Source of the DNA: Ranitomeya imitator
Lineage: Eukaryota
NCBI RefSeq assembly: GCF_032444005.1
Contig: NC_091283.1
Location: 168,640,001 to 168,704,000 of the forward strand
Direction of reading: 5' to 3'
Length of the DNA stretch: 64,000 bases
Positions within the stretch are counted from its first letter, which is position 1; each line of letters starts with the position of its first letter. A program made the translations under genes and the position numbers. The notes beneath the pieces are model-generated. The model was given only the letters and a program-made list of their open reading frames with translations, had not been told where the DNA came from and did no database searches. Of the stretch, positions 1-11,908 are shown one piece after another.

Positions 1-103
1 AGGGGGGGGAGGAAGGTGTGAGGGGGGGATGAAGGTGTGGGGAGGGGGGGGATGAAGGTGTGGGGAGGGGGGAGGAAGGTGTGTGGGGGGGGGCGCTGGA
101 TAC

Positions 104-224
104 CTTGGAAGAGCCGATACTCCTCGTCCAGCTGCAGCAGCTTGAATGCACTGCGCGCTCTCCAGCCTTCCTCCTTGGCCAACCGGTAGTAGATGTCCCT
201 CTTGTCCTTTGAGGAGCGCCCCAT
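104..224 (-). CDS. FTSJ1: tRNA 2'-O-methyltransferase FTSJ1/TRM7, first coding exon ([40 protein letters not shown])
   Basis: Manual translation matches the FtsJ/Trm7 N-terminus. Acceptor ttttag at 235-240, donor AAG|gta after 104. The 121-nt coding length ends in phase 1. Confidence 0.95.
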
Positions 225-582
225 GATGTTCCTCCTAAAAGGGAAAACCCACTGTAAATCCCTGCACCCGGCGCCGGCCCTGCTATAGGGGCAGCTCACA
301 GGACTCGGGGGTTGTGGGGGGAAACTACTAAACGAATGATCCGACTTCCCCCGTGATGGCACCAGACGGACGTATAATAAAGGCTCTCCTCCAGGTCAGG
401 GGGCTCTGGGTTTACAGAGAAAGGACAATCGGACCATGAAGTTCTTCATCCTCCGAATAACGCTGAGGGGACACTTCCTCTACATCTCTGCTTGCTGTCT
501 ATGAATGGAGGAGACGAGGCCATGCCCTGTGCACACTGACGGCGGCCGCTCCGGCTCATCCCGTGCGGTACCGCACACTCAC

Positions 583-805
583 CGTTACCGGCGCCGCTCA
601 GGGCGATCTCAGTCTCCGCAAAAATGTCCGCTCGCCAGTAAGGATTGGAAGCGGTCACATAAAAAAAGTTCTCCCAAGCTTTATTAAACTGACAGAGGCG
701 GAACCGCTGTGTCGCAGGCCATCGAGGTGACGAAGGCGGAAGTTCAGTTGCCATGGAGACGTTCATCTAGCTTTATTTACACGGACAGAGGCGGACGTCG
801 TCACC
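583..805. promoter_or_regulatory. CpG-rich bidirectional promoter between FTSJ1 non-coding exon 1 (minus-strand donor G|gtgagt at 583/582) and the SFT2D3 ATG
   Basis: CpG-rich; two GGCGGAA motifs; X-box-like GTTGCCATGGAGAC at 747-760; the two genes diverge within about 220 bp. Confidence 0.65.
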
Positions 806-1420
806 ATGGCGGACCTAGGCCGGCAGTTACAGGAGTACGTAGCGCAGAATAAGGCCGGGAGCAGCGGCGGTTCTGCGGCCTCCTCCCCCGCGGAGCGCCA
901 GAGCTCGGAGCCGGGATGGCGGGCCTGGTTCTCTCCTCCCAGCAGCGGCCTCTCGTGGTCATGGAGTCCTATGGACCCGGATCCTTTCCTGCCCGGGATG
1001 TCCGGGACGCAGAGGCTGATGGCGGCCGGTGTGTGCGCGGGCATGGCCGCTCTGTGCTTCGGCCTGGCCGGACTCTATGTGCCGCTGTTGCTGCTCCGGG
1101 CTCGGAAGTTCGCGATGCTCTGGTCTATGGGCTCGCTGCTGGGCCTGTGTGCCGCCGGCCTCCTGCGGGGCCCCAGCCGCATGCTCCGGGAGCCCGACCC
1201 GTGGGCCTTCTTCTACCTGGCCGCCCTGGGGGGCACGCTGTACGCCGCGCTAGGCTTCCGGAGCACCCCGCTCACATTACTGGGGGCCGCCGCGCAGATC
1301 GTCACTGGCGCCGCGCTGCTGCTGGGCATGTTACCGGGCGGCGCCGCGGGGAGGCGCTACATCAGCGGGCTGTGCGGGAGTCTGATGCGGAGAGGGGTCT
1401 CCAAAGCCCTGCCCGTGTAA
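806..1420 (+). CDS. SFT2D3: Vesicle transport protein SFT2C (Got1/Sft2 family), intronless, 204 aa
   Basis: N-terminus MADLGRQLQEY, LLLRARKFAMLWSMGS motif, four hydrophobic segments and C-terminal KALPV match SFT2D3 as recalled. Good Kozak context (accATGG). Confidence 0.93.
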   Translation: MADLGRQLQEYVAQNKAGSSGGSAASSPAERQSSEPGWRAWFSPPSSGLSWSWSPMDPDPFLPGMSGTQRLMAAGVCAGMAALCFGLAGLYVPLLLLRARKFAMLWSMGSLLGLCAAGLLRGPSRMLREPDPWAFFYLAALGGTLYAALGFRSTPLTLLGAAAQIVTGAALLLGMLPGGAAGRRYISGLCGSLMRRGVSKALPV

Positions 1421-1549
1421 TGACTGTGGCCCCCGCTGTGGAGCTGAAGACCAGGGACACACAAGGCCTAATGGGAGTTGTAGTATTGGAATAACTTGAG
1501 ACACCGCTTGGGAAACTACTCAGAGCTCGGTCCCGTTAGTCTGAGTGAT

Positions 1550-1775
1550 CGGGACTGTGGCCCCTGTGATGCTGAAGGCTCCTCTATGGGTTTCTGACTG
1601 TGGCCCCTGTGATGCTGAGGGCTCCTATCAGGGCCCTGGACTGTGGCCCCTCTGAAAATGAGGGCTCCTATCTGGGTTTCTAACTGTGGCCTGTGATGCT
1701 GAGGGCTCTTATCAGGGCCCTGGATTGTGGCCCCTGTGATGCTGAGGGCTCCTATCAGGGCCCTGGACTGTGGCT
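1550..1775. repeat. Minisatellite of about 40 bp (ctgtggcccctgtgatgctgagggctcctatcagggccctgga)
   Basis: Five to six diverged tandem copies downstream of SFT2D3. Confidence 0.8.
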
Positions 1776-2779
1776 TCTCCCTACAGCTTTATATGGAACA
1801 ATCAGACACTTGGTGCCTGGCTGTGGCCGCTGTGACTCTGCTGCTTATATTAAGCATACCATACACTATAGGGAGGCGGACACCAGACTCTTATCTCCCC
1901 TGAGAACAAAGGATCAGACCTGATGAAATCCAACATGTCTGACCCTTTTCCTCCAGCTGCTGGCAGGACACCCATGTACATGTTAGATGGTCGGCCAATC
2001 GTACTGACATCGGTGGTTGTGTTGAACATTTATTTAAGGTGTTAGGCCTCAAGGACCAATCACAGCTTTGAGAAGGGGTGACCTTTACAGGGTTAATGCT
2101 GCTCTCCTGGAGAGATGAGGGGGCCGGTGACATCCCGTCACTCACACCTGCAGGGACACATGTGACGCACTGTACGTCCCACACAGGTGTACAGCAGATG
2201 TGATGATGCTGGCCCCTATCAGAACTGGATACAGAAGTGAGGGACCAGCACTAACCCTTTATGAGCCACGTTTTCAGGTCTGTTATCAATACTGGGGGCC
2301 GTGCCAAAAGGAAAATACGCTATATGTGCAGCTGATCTAACTTATTCAGGCATTTCCAAGTATAACGGTCTGTTGAGGATATTCACATTCCCCCTTCTTA
2401 TCTTTACCAGGATTCAGATATTGCAAAACTGCACCCTCTGAATCAGCCGGAAAATAGAATATGAAGGGAACCTGGCAGCCTGTTCATGCTGCCCCATCAA
2501 TGTGTAGACAAGCTCACTCATTGCAGGAAGTGACCTGGCACGGGGGGAAGAGGCGCCAGGCAGCTGCCCCAACTTCTCACCTGACTGACATTTCTCCCCT
2601 ATACATACTGAGAACCCTGTTAAAGAGAAGCTATCAGCAGGATTGAGCCCTATAAAGACATGGCTATAATGGCACTGCGATGGTGATTAATCTGATACCT
2701 GATGTGAAGCGATCCACTCGGTGGCTGATGAATACTCGCCTTATGACGTTTGCAGGGAATGACGTGTGCTCTGAACTGA

Positions 2780-2954
2780 GACGAAATCTCGATCTGCGCC
2801 GCCTCTGGCGCTATTTCATTGCGGGACGCGAGCTCACGCTGTGTATGCACACAATGATAGCAGCGGCACGGAATTTTAAAAAGGAAGCAGGTCACTGAAT
2901 CAGAAGACCCTGCATCGAAGCACACAAGACATCACTTTCTGAGAACTTCATAAG
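2780..2954 (+). promoter_or_regulatory. Candidate promoter and non-coding exon 1 of the SYCE1-family gene
   Basis: Local CpG cluster, GCGGGA (E2F6-type TCCCGC on minus) at 2821-2826, strong donor AAG|gtgagt at 2954/2955. An in-frame TGA upstream of the 8261 ATG makes this exon non-coding. Confidence 0.4.
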
Positions 2955-4152
2955 GTGAGTATTCATCAGGCGCTCAGCAGATCCCTAACACGCACCAGGT
3001 ATCATATTAATCAGTATCAGTGCCATTATGGCTGTGCCTTTAGTTTATAGGCCTAAATCCTGCCGACACGTTCAAACTGAGGTGGGGAGAAGCCAGAAGG
3101 GATCTGCTCAGGACACCTCCCCGTGCCCAGGCTTCTCTCTCACCAGAGGATACATGACTTTGTGAAATGAAGGAGTCTACTAGATTTCATGTTGCCCATG
3201 TCTTGGGCAGAAGGAAACCGCTAATGGTCTTTTTGAAGGGGGTTGGTCACCTTTAGCACTTTATTTTTTTTTTTAAGCAGATTCCTGGGGGACTGGGATG
3301 GGCAGATGTTGACCCCACACTGTGATGATCCTACACCATATTGGTACTGGAGAATACAAGAAGTGGTGCTGCACCTTTATTAGTAAAACATGGAAATGAG
3401 ATTGGCGAGACTGGTGGACTTTCATACGCTGGTCCTGACCAACATGTTGGAGAACTGTTCAAGGAACGTCTACTTGTGATGTTGGATCTCGCTCTTAACC
3501 CACTGCCTGCCAGTATCGTCTGTTCCTAAGGACGGAGCTTGTTCTTAATACACAACTTGCAATGCACGCGCTGGCTCTGCGGCCTTTCCTGTGCAGCTCG
3601 GCCCCATGTTGAACCTCCTTTATCTTCTCTCCGTTGTAGGGAGACATATTATTATACATAGGGGATATGTTTTCTGACACGAGGGTTTCCTAGATTAACT
3701 GATTTTTCTAATTAACTGCCGTTTTATAATTCCAGAATGTTGAGATTTTCCTACAAGATGAAATAAATGTTACACCCTGGTATCTTGTGCTTTGTGCTTA
3801 AGTTTATAATGGCGTCACAGTTTTTAGGAGCGCAATTCTGATAAATCTAGGAAATCTGTAGCCGAATAAATGGAGCAATGTGTTGCAGAACTACAGCAGA
3901 AAGATTTCCGCAAGAAACGAAAGTTGCACTGCTGGGAATATGCTGGTGCCATGGCGGCACGGAGGTCTTCACACACAGATTTTCTCTGACCACAGGGTTT
4001 CCTATTCTGACGTAACTGTACAATCGGCGGATGCATGTGTATGGAGCAGGCTCATACAGCCGCATCTGACTGTCGGCAGCAACCAAGGCTTGCTTCGCTC
4101 CTGCTGTTTTAACCCTTTAGATGCCGCTGCCAGTCTGTGGCCGCAGCATTTA

Positions 4153-4465
4153 GGCTATGTGCACACTTTGCAGATTCCACTGCGGATTTTTCCGCAGCGG
4201 AATTGCAAAATCCGCAGTGAAAACCCATCGCGGTTTTTACTGCGTTTTCTTCTGCGGATTTTCAACTGCAGTTTTCTATTGGAGCAGCTGAAAATCCGCA
4301 GAAAAGAAGTGACATGCTGCGGAATGTAATCCGCAGCGTTTCCGCGCGGATTTTTCTGCAGCATGTGCACAGCGTTTTTTGTTTCCCATAGGTTTACATT
4401 GAAATGTAAACTCATGGGAAACTGCTGCGGATCCGCAGCAAAATCCGCAAAGTGTGAATATAGCC
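4153..4465. mobile_element. MITE, PIF/Harbinger-like
   Basis: TIRs ggctatgtgcacac / gtgtgaatatagcc, TTA on both sides. Confidence 0.8.
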
Positions 4466-5644
4466 TTAAAGAGCTAGATTGCTGCTGAGCGCGTACACCG
4501 ACTCGCACTCGCTACCCCAACACACAAGTGGTGGGAGCCAGGGAGCTGCTGAGGGCCCCCTCACTGCCATTTGGGGCCTTATATTGGAGATGATCAATTT
4601 CTAAGAAGACTAAAAAATAATAAAAACAGAAATGTTCCCATAGATAAAAACCATAAATGTTAAAATCGCCCTCTTCCCAGTTCAGAAGTAAAAGTAAACC
4701 TATTTGGTTTTGTCCATAGAAGTCCTGAGTTATTAAAGTATACAAATTTAATTTGTACATTAAATGCCAAAAAGAAAAACTTGAGCTCCAGAATTGTTCT
4801 TTTGGGTCATTGCACCTCACCCTCTTTACCCCCTAAAAAAAAGAGGAAATGCAATTAAGAAATTATCAAAACGGTACCAATAAAAATGAGCGCTTCCCCC
4901 GCATCAAACAGGTCCTCACCAGCGCCATCCGCCTGTGAAGAAGAGTCACAGATCCTGGCGACACAAAACACATTTTTGTTATTTATTTTCAGCTCCCAAT
5001 TTTTAACTGAAAGCCGTGACCTGCTGGGTTGCTATGGTAACAGCCCCCTCTTCATGTCTACCATTTGTGATACATGGCGGTGAGTCTCATCAGCGTCTGG
5101 TCATTACTCAGCCAGGACGGCTAACATGGCTGCCACTGACCATGGATACTGTCCGGGATTACAACTCAGCCCCATTTATGGGATGGGAGCTGCAATACCG
5201 GACACAACACCTGGTCAGGGGTGGCGCTATTGCTGTAAGAAAGCCACCATGTTTTTCTTAGCCTCTTTCATATCATCTTGGCTGCTACTGGGGTGGAGTT
5301 TAGGTGCAGATGTCTGTGGTTGGAGTCACCTGCGCTGCTCACTGTGAGGACTCTGCGCTACATGGACACTGGGGCAGAAAATACCTCATGAGGCGATTGC
5401 TGAGGTAAATTCAGGACAGCCTATCATGTGCCTGCTTTTATCTCCATCCTGTGCTGTATGGATGAAAGACAGCTGCTGGTTGGTTGGAGTGATCTGGTCT
5501 CCGGGCGTGTCCTCCGCATCAGCCGTTGCCGGAGATCGCAGTGCAGGAGCAGGTAGACATGTCTGACACAGGCCGAGGTCTAGAGGGCCCGATACTACAC
5601 AGTGCACAGCCCAGGGTGACCAGGCAGGGCGGTCAGACGGTGTC

Positions 5645-7012
5645 ACACAGGGTAGGATTAGGTACACGGCTCAGCACACAGGATAGGATTAGGTACACGG
5701 CTCAGCAGACAGTATCACACAGGATAGAATTAGATACACGGCTCAGCAGACAGTATCACATAGGATTAGATACACGGCTGAGCAGACAGTATCACACAGG
5801 ATAGAATTAGATACACCGCTCAGCAGTCAGTATCACACAGGATAGAATTAGATACACAGCTCAGCAGTCAGTATCACACAGGATAGGATTAGATACACGG
5901 CTGAGCAGACAGTATCACACAGGATAGAATTAGATACACGGCTCAGCAGACAGTATCACACAGGATAGGATTAGATACATGGCTCAGCAGTCAGTATCAC
6001 ACAGGATAGGATTAGATACACGGCTCAGCAGACAGTATCACACAGGATAGGATTAGATACATGGCTCAGCAGACAGCATCACAGGATTGGATACACATCT
6101 CAGCAGACAGTATCACACAGGATAAGATTGGATACACATCTCAGCAGACAGTATCACACAGGATAGGAATTAGATACACAGCACAGCAGACAGTATCACA
6201 CAGGATAAGATTGGATACACATCTCAGCAGACAGTATCACAGGATAGGATTAGATACACGGCACAGCACACAGTATCATACAGGATAGGATTAGGTACAT
6301 GGCTCAGCACACAGTATCACACAGGATAAGATTAGATACACGGCTCAGCAGACAGCATCACATAGGATTGGATACACATCTCAGCAGACAGTATCACAGG
6401 ATAGGATTAGATACACGGCACAGCACACAGTATCATACAGGATAGGATTAGGTACATGGCTCAGCACACAGTATACAGGATAGGATTAGGTACATGGCTC
6501 AGCAGACAGTATCACACAGGATAGGATTAGGTACACATCTCAGCAGACAGTATCACACAGGATAGGATTAGATACACGGCTCAGCACACAGTATCATACA
6601 GGATAGGATTAGATACACGGCTCAGCAGACAGTATCACACAGGATAGGATTAGATACATGGCTCAGCAGACAGTATCACACAGGATAAGATTGGATACAC
6701 ATCTAAGCAGACAGTATCACAGGATAGGATTAGGTACACGGCTCAGCAGACAGTATCACACAGGATAGGAATTAGATACACAGCTCAGCAGACAGTATCA
6801 CACAGGATAAGATTGGATACACATCTCAGCACACAGTATCACACAGGAGAGGATTAGATACACGGCTCAGCAGACAATATCACACAGGATAGGATTAGAT
6901 ACATGGCTCAGCAGTCAGTATCACACAGGATAGGATTAGATACACATCTCAGCAGACAGCATCACACAGGATAGGATTAGATACATGGCTCAGTAGATCG
7001 TATCAAACAGGA
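5645..7012. repeat. Minisatellite of about 40 bp (caggataggattagatacacggctcagcagacagtatcaca)
   Basis: More than 30 tandem copies over about 1.35 kb. Confidence 0.95.
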
Positions 7013-7027
7013 TACATCTTGTATTTT

Positions 7028-8220
7028 TAATAATAATTTTATTGCTATAGCGCCAACATCTTCAGCAGCACTTTACAATAATCGGGGTCATCACACACAA
7101 TATCAGACATTACAGAGTAACACATAGCTCACCAGTTACAGAAGGAGTGAGGACCTGGAGACAGATGAGGAAGAGGAGCAGAGTCTGAGGAAAGTTTAGA
7201 AAGAGGGAACAGGTAGTGTTAGATTAGTGAGGTGATAGGCCTGTCCAAAGAGATGTGTTTTTACAGCACGCTTAAAAATGCGGGCTCTAGGTATAAGTTG
7301 GATCATCCGGGGTAGTGCATTGCAGAACACTGGGGCAGCAAGGGTGAAGTCTTAGAGACCGAGGTGCGAGGTTTGGATTATGGAGGTTGTTAGTCTTAGA
7401 TCAGTTGCAAACCAGAGAGCACGGTACGATCATAGACTGAGGTGAGGGAGGAGAAGTAGGGCCGTGCGGAACTGTGGAGCACTTTGTGGATGAGAGATGT
7501 TTGTATTGTATTCTGTAGGGGATGGGTAACCAGTGTAATGACTGGCACAGGGTGGAGGCATTGGTGTAGCAGCTGGATATAAATATGACCCTGGCTGCCG
7601 CATTCAGGACAGAGTCGAAAGGAGAAAGTTTGGTTAGAAGGAGACTGATCAGTAGAGAGTTGCAGTAATCCAGACGAGAATGAATAAGAGCGACAGTAAC
7701 ATTGAAAACTTGATAAATTGTTGGATTCTGGAGATGGTTTTAAGATGCAGGTGACATGAGTGAGTGACTGGAAGTAGGGAATAAAGGAGAGTTATGTGTC
7801 ACATATGACCCCAAGACAGCGAGCTTGATGCTGGAGAGTTATGGTAAGACCAAACAAGGCAACTACAATATTGGGCATAGGTAAGTTAGTGGCGGGAGGA
7901 AACACAAGGAGTTCAGTTTTTGACAGATTCAGGTTTAGAGGGACGACATGATGTTAGAGACAGCGGACAGACAATCCCTGGTATCTTGTAGTAATGCATG
8001 GACATTAGTGATCAGTGAATATACTCGTTACTCGAGATTTCTCGAGCACGCTCGGGGATCCTCCGAGTATTTTTTAGTTCTCGGAGATTTAGTTTTTCTT
8101 GCCGCAGCTGAATGAATCTCGAGTAACGAGTATATTCGCTCATCACTATTGGAGATGTCAGTAGACGATGTGTATAATTGGGTGTCATCGGCAGATGGTC
8201 GTGAAGACTGAATCTGTTGA
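7028..8220 (-). mobile_element. L2/CR1-type LINE 3' fragment, interrupted by a short TIR element at 8006-8148
   Basis: Minus strand gives an ADDTQLY RT motif near 8200; taa-repeat tail at about 7028; inverted repeats tagtgatcagtgaatatactcg / cgagtatattcgctcatcacta bound the insert. Confidence 0.75.
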
Positions 8221-8260
8221 GCTGTGTATTCCTGAGCTGTTCTGTTTCTCATGTAGTGAC

Positions 8261-8303
8261 ATGGAAACGCTGTTGAGCCAGACTGCAGACATGTTGGGAG
8301 AAG
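8261..8303 (+). CDS. SYCE1: SYCE1-family protein, coding exon 1 (METLLSQTADMLGE)
   Basis: Acceptor atgtag|8257, donor G|gtatgt; phase joins the 8375 exon. Confidence 0.7.
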
Positions 8304-8374
8304 GTATGTACAGTATACACTGGATCTGTAGGAGGTGAGGAGCCCTTGTATATCACCTTCTTATTACACCACAG

Positions 8375-8431
8375 GACGGATGGACCCAAAGATGGACGAA
8401 GTCCTGAAGAAGATCACCATGGTCCAGAAAG
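8375..8431 (+). CDS. SYCE1: SYCE1-family coding exon 2 (GRMDPKMDEVLKKITMVQK)
   Basis: cag| and |gtaac sites, phase 1-1; aligns to human GSLEPRVEVLINRINEVQQ as recalled. Confidence 0.8.
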
Positions 8432-8685
8432 GTAACAAGGATGATGGAGATGTCGCCCCTTCAGGGAAATGTAGTATTACAGGGCGTCCATTCTCCATGC
8501 TATTGTATTATAGTCACTAATAACAGCATTTCCAATGTGTAGTAGAGGTTGTTGTTTAGGTGATTCTCATATATCTGTAAAGTGGTCATGAAGGTGGAGT
8601 ATCACATTAACATTAATTACATTACAGCAGATGACTTCTATCCATTGCCAGCTGATATGAGCTGGGACCCTTATTCTGACATTGA

Positions 8686-8966
8686 AATAATAATAATAAT
8701 CTTTATTTTTATATAGCGCTAACATATTCTGCAGCGCTTTACATTTTGTACACATTTTCATCACTGTCCCCGATGGGGCTCACAATCTAAATTCCCTATC
8801 AGTATGTCTTTGGAATGTGGGAGGAAACCAGAGTACCCAGAGGAAACCCACACAAACACGGAGAGAACATACAAACTCTTTGCAGATGTTGTCCTTGGTG
8901 GGGTTTGAACCCAGGACTCCAGCGCTGCAAGGCTGCAGTGCTAACCACTGCGCCACCGTGCTGCCC
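8686..8966 (-). mobile_element. tRNA-derived SINE (V-SINE-like) with L2-type tail
   Basis: Minus strand begins gggcagcacggtggcgcagtggttagc (A box), gggttcaaaccc (B box), central gggtttcctc...ggtttcctcccac domain, ends in (att)n. Confidence 0.8.
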
Positions 8967-9104
8967 ACGAAATCACTTTTGTAAGATTTGGTTTGGACTT
9001 GTACGAACGTTTCCCTACAATTGAGTAATTCTCAATCTGTCACATCCTGAAATGTAAGACGGCATTAAAAACTGGCAGCTGATGGCGGCTCTATACCTGT
9101 GCAG

Positions 9105-9179
9105 ATCGGGAACAAAGCGAGGCCGAGAAGCAGGAATTAGACAAGGAGATAGAAGCAGAAGAGCGGGAACTACAGAAAC
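9105..9179 (+). CDS. SYCE1: SYCE1-family coding exon 3 (DREQSEAEKQELDKEIEAEERELQK)
   Basis: 75 nt, cag|...|gtgag, coiled-coil, phase 1-1. Confidence 0.85.
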
Positions 9180-9259
9180 GTGAGCAGCTATCATTCACTG
9201 CGCTAGTCCTGTCCAGTGTATATGGCGATGTGCAATATACGGTCGTGTTTATGTTTCAG

Positions 9260-9307
9260 TACATGCAGAAAAAATGGCCCTGAAAGAAACACTCGTGAAA
9301 AAGCAAG
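9260..9307 (+). CDS. SYCE1: SYCE1-family coding exon 4 (LHAEKMALKETLVKKQ)
   Basis: 48 nt; resembles human LHGEKVHLKEILSKKQ; canonical splice sites. Confidence 0.9.
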
Positions 9308-9589
9308 GTGAGCAGGAGGTTACAAAACATTAGACTGCACTTCTAATGCAGATGTAAAGCAACAAATGTTCAGAAAAGAAACACTATGTGCGAATTATGG
9401 AATTATGTGGGCACCCTGTTAGGGTATTATCAAGCACTCAATAGTGTGATATCATTTGGGTAAATTATGGTCATAAAGTTAGGGATGCTATAGGTTGTTA
9501 TTATTTGTGCACTCTTAGGTAGGAAAATTGGCCACCATATACAGTAGGTGTATAATATTTTGCCACTGTATGGTTGTATAATTGGCCAT

Positions 9590-10088
9590 GCTGTAGGAAG
9601 ATATTTTTGGGGTACCGATGGATGATATTACTTGGTACACTATGGTAGTATAATTGGGCACACTATAAGTTGATATTACTTGGTACACTATGGTAGTATA
9701 ATTGGGCACATGACAGGATGATATTATGTGGTACACTATAGTAGCATAATTGGGCACACTATAGGATGATATTATTTGGTACACTATAGTAGCATAATTG
9801 GGCACACTATAGGATGATATTACTTGGTACACTATGGTGGTATAATTGGGCACTCTAGGATATTACTTGGTACACTATAGTAGCATAATTGGGCACTCTA
9901 TAGGATGATATTACTTGGTACACTATGGTAGCATAATTGGACACTCTATAGGATGATATTACTTGGTACACTATGGTAGTATAATTGGGCACACTATAGG
10001 TTGGTATTATTTTGGCACGGTATGGTGGTATACTTGGGCACTCTATAGGTTGGATTATTTGGGCATGGTATTGTGGTATATAGTATGA
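9590..10088. repeat. Minisatellite of about 38-41 bp (gatattacttggtacactatggtagtataattgggcacactatag), resumes at 11909-12135 after the Helitron
   Basis: Tandem copies on both sides of the insertion. Confidence 0.85.
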
Positions 10089-11908
10089 CTAGCTATTGAA
10101 CCCGTTCTACGCCCGGGTGGCGAGCATTTATATTGGTATATGGTCTCCATCATGTGCTGCTGCCATCCTGCGCCCGTTCTGTCATGCGCTGCTGCCATCC
10201 TGCGCCAGTTCTGTCATGTGCTGCTGCCATCCTGCGCCCGTTCTGTCATGTGCTGCTCCCATCCTGCGCCCCCGTTCTGTCATGCGCTGCTGCCATCCTG
10301 CGCCCGTTCTGTCATGTGCTGCTCCCATCCTGCGCCCGTTATGTCATGCGCTGCTGCCATCCTGCGCCCGTTCTGTCATGCGCTGCTGCCATCCTGCGCC
10401 CGTTCTGTCATGTGCTGCTGCCATCCTGCGCCCGTTCTGTCATGCGCTGCTGCCATCCTGCGCCCGTTCTGTCATGCGCTGCTGCCATCCTGCGCCCGTT
10501 CTGTCATGCGCTGCTGCCATCCTGCGCCCGTTCTGTCATGTGCTGCTCCCATCCTGCGCCCGTTCTGTCATGTGCTGCTCCCATCCTGCGCCCCCGTTCT
10601 GTCATGCGCTGCTGCCATCCTGCGCCCGTTCTGTCATGTGCTGCTGCCATCCTGCGCCCGTTCTGTCATGCGCTGCTGCCATCCTGCGCCCGTTCTGTCA
10701 TGTGCTGCTCCCATCCTGCGCCCCCGTTCTGTCATGCGCTGCTGCCATCCTGCGCCCGTTCTGTCATGTGCTGCTGCCATCCTGCGCCCGTTCTGTCATG
10801 TGCTGCTCCCATCCTGCGCCCGTTCTGTCATGTGCTGCTGCCATCCTGCGCCCGTTCTGTCATGCGCTGCTGCCATCCTGCGCCCGTTCTGTCATGTGCT
10901 GCTGCCATCCTGCGCCCGTTCTGTCATGTGCTGCTCCCATCCTGCGCCACTATTGTATTATATGCCCCCGTATGCTGCTGCCATATAAAAAAAAAAAAAT
11001 ACCATACTCACCTATCGTCCGGCTCCACTGCAGGTGTGTCTTCAAGAAAATGGCACCGGAAAGCGCGGACTGCGCAGGCGCCGATTCCGGCACCAGGAGG
11101 AGAAAGAGAATGGCGGCGGAAATGCCGTAAGTAACAAATGGCTGTGGCATGAAGTGCCACAGCCTCATGGCACAGCAATTTGTTACTTACGCCAGTTCCG
11201 GCGCCATTGTCTTGCTTTTCCTGGTGCCGGAATCGGCGCCTGCGCAGTACGCGCTTTCCGGCGCCATTTTATTGAAGACACTGCAGTGTGTCTTCAATAA
11301 AATGGCGCCGGAAAGCGCGTACTGCGCAGGCGCCGATTCCGGCACCAGGAGGAGAAAGAGAATGGCGGCGGAAATGCCGTGAGTAACAAATGGCTGTGGC
11401 ATGAAGTGCCACAGCCTCATGGCACAGCAATTTGTTACTAACGCCAGTTCCGGCGCCATTGTCTTGCTTTTCCTGGTGCCGGAATCGGCGCCTGCGCAGT
11501 ACGCGCTTTCCGGCGCCATTTTATTGAAGACACTGCAGTGTGTCTTCAATAAAATGGCGCCGGAAAGCGCGTACTGCGCAGGCGCCGAGTGTCTTCAATA
11601 AAATGGCGCCGGAAAGCGCGTACTGCGCAGGCGCCGATTCCGGCACCAGGAGGAGAAAGACAATGGCGCCGGAACTGGCGTAAGTAAAAACTTTCTGTGC
11701 CGGGCGCACATACGGCGCCCCCGTGCTCCCGACCCCCTGCTCTCGGCGGCATCTCCCCGTACTCCCGACCCCCTGCTCTCGGCGGCATCTCCCCGTGCTC
11801 TCGACCCCCTGCTCTCGGCGGCATCTATAATGTAACGCTGGGAGCGTCGCGCCTGCGCAGTCTATTAAGGCTTCGGACAGAGTGACGCTCCCAGCGTTAT
11901 ATTATAGA
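10089..11908 (-). mobile_element. Non-autonomous Helitron with an internal 32-bp tandem array and palindromic 252-bp units
   Basis: Minus strand starts TCTATAAT at 11908, ends CTAG at 10089; hairpin acccg...cgggt at 10100-10118; inserted between A and T of the host repeat with no TSD. Confidence 0.85.

Noticed and set aside
916-1494. 192-aa alternative-frame ORF overlapping SFT2D3
   Set aside because: Expected from stop-poor GC-rich sequence; no recognisable motifs.
10096-11134. Three Cys-rich ORFs of 280-340 aa
   Set aside because: All three frames are open because the 32-bp repeat lacks stops; located inside a Helitron.
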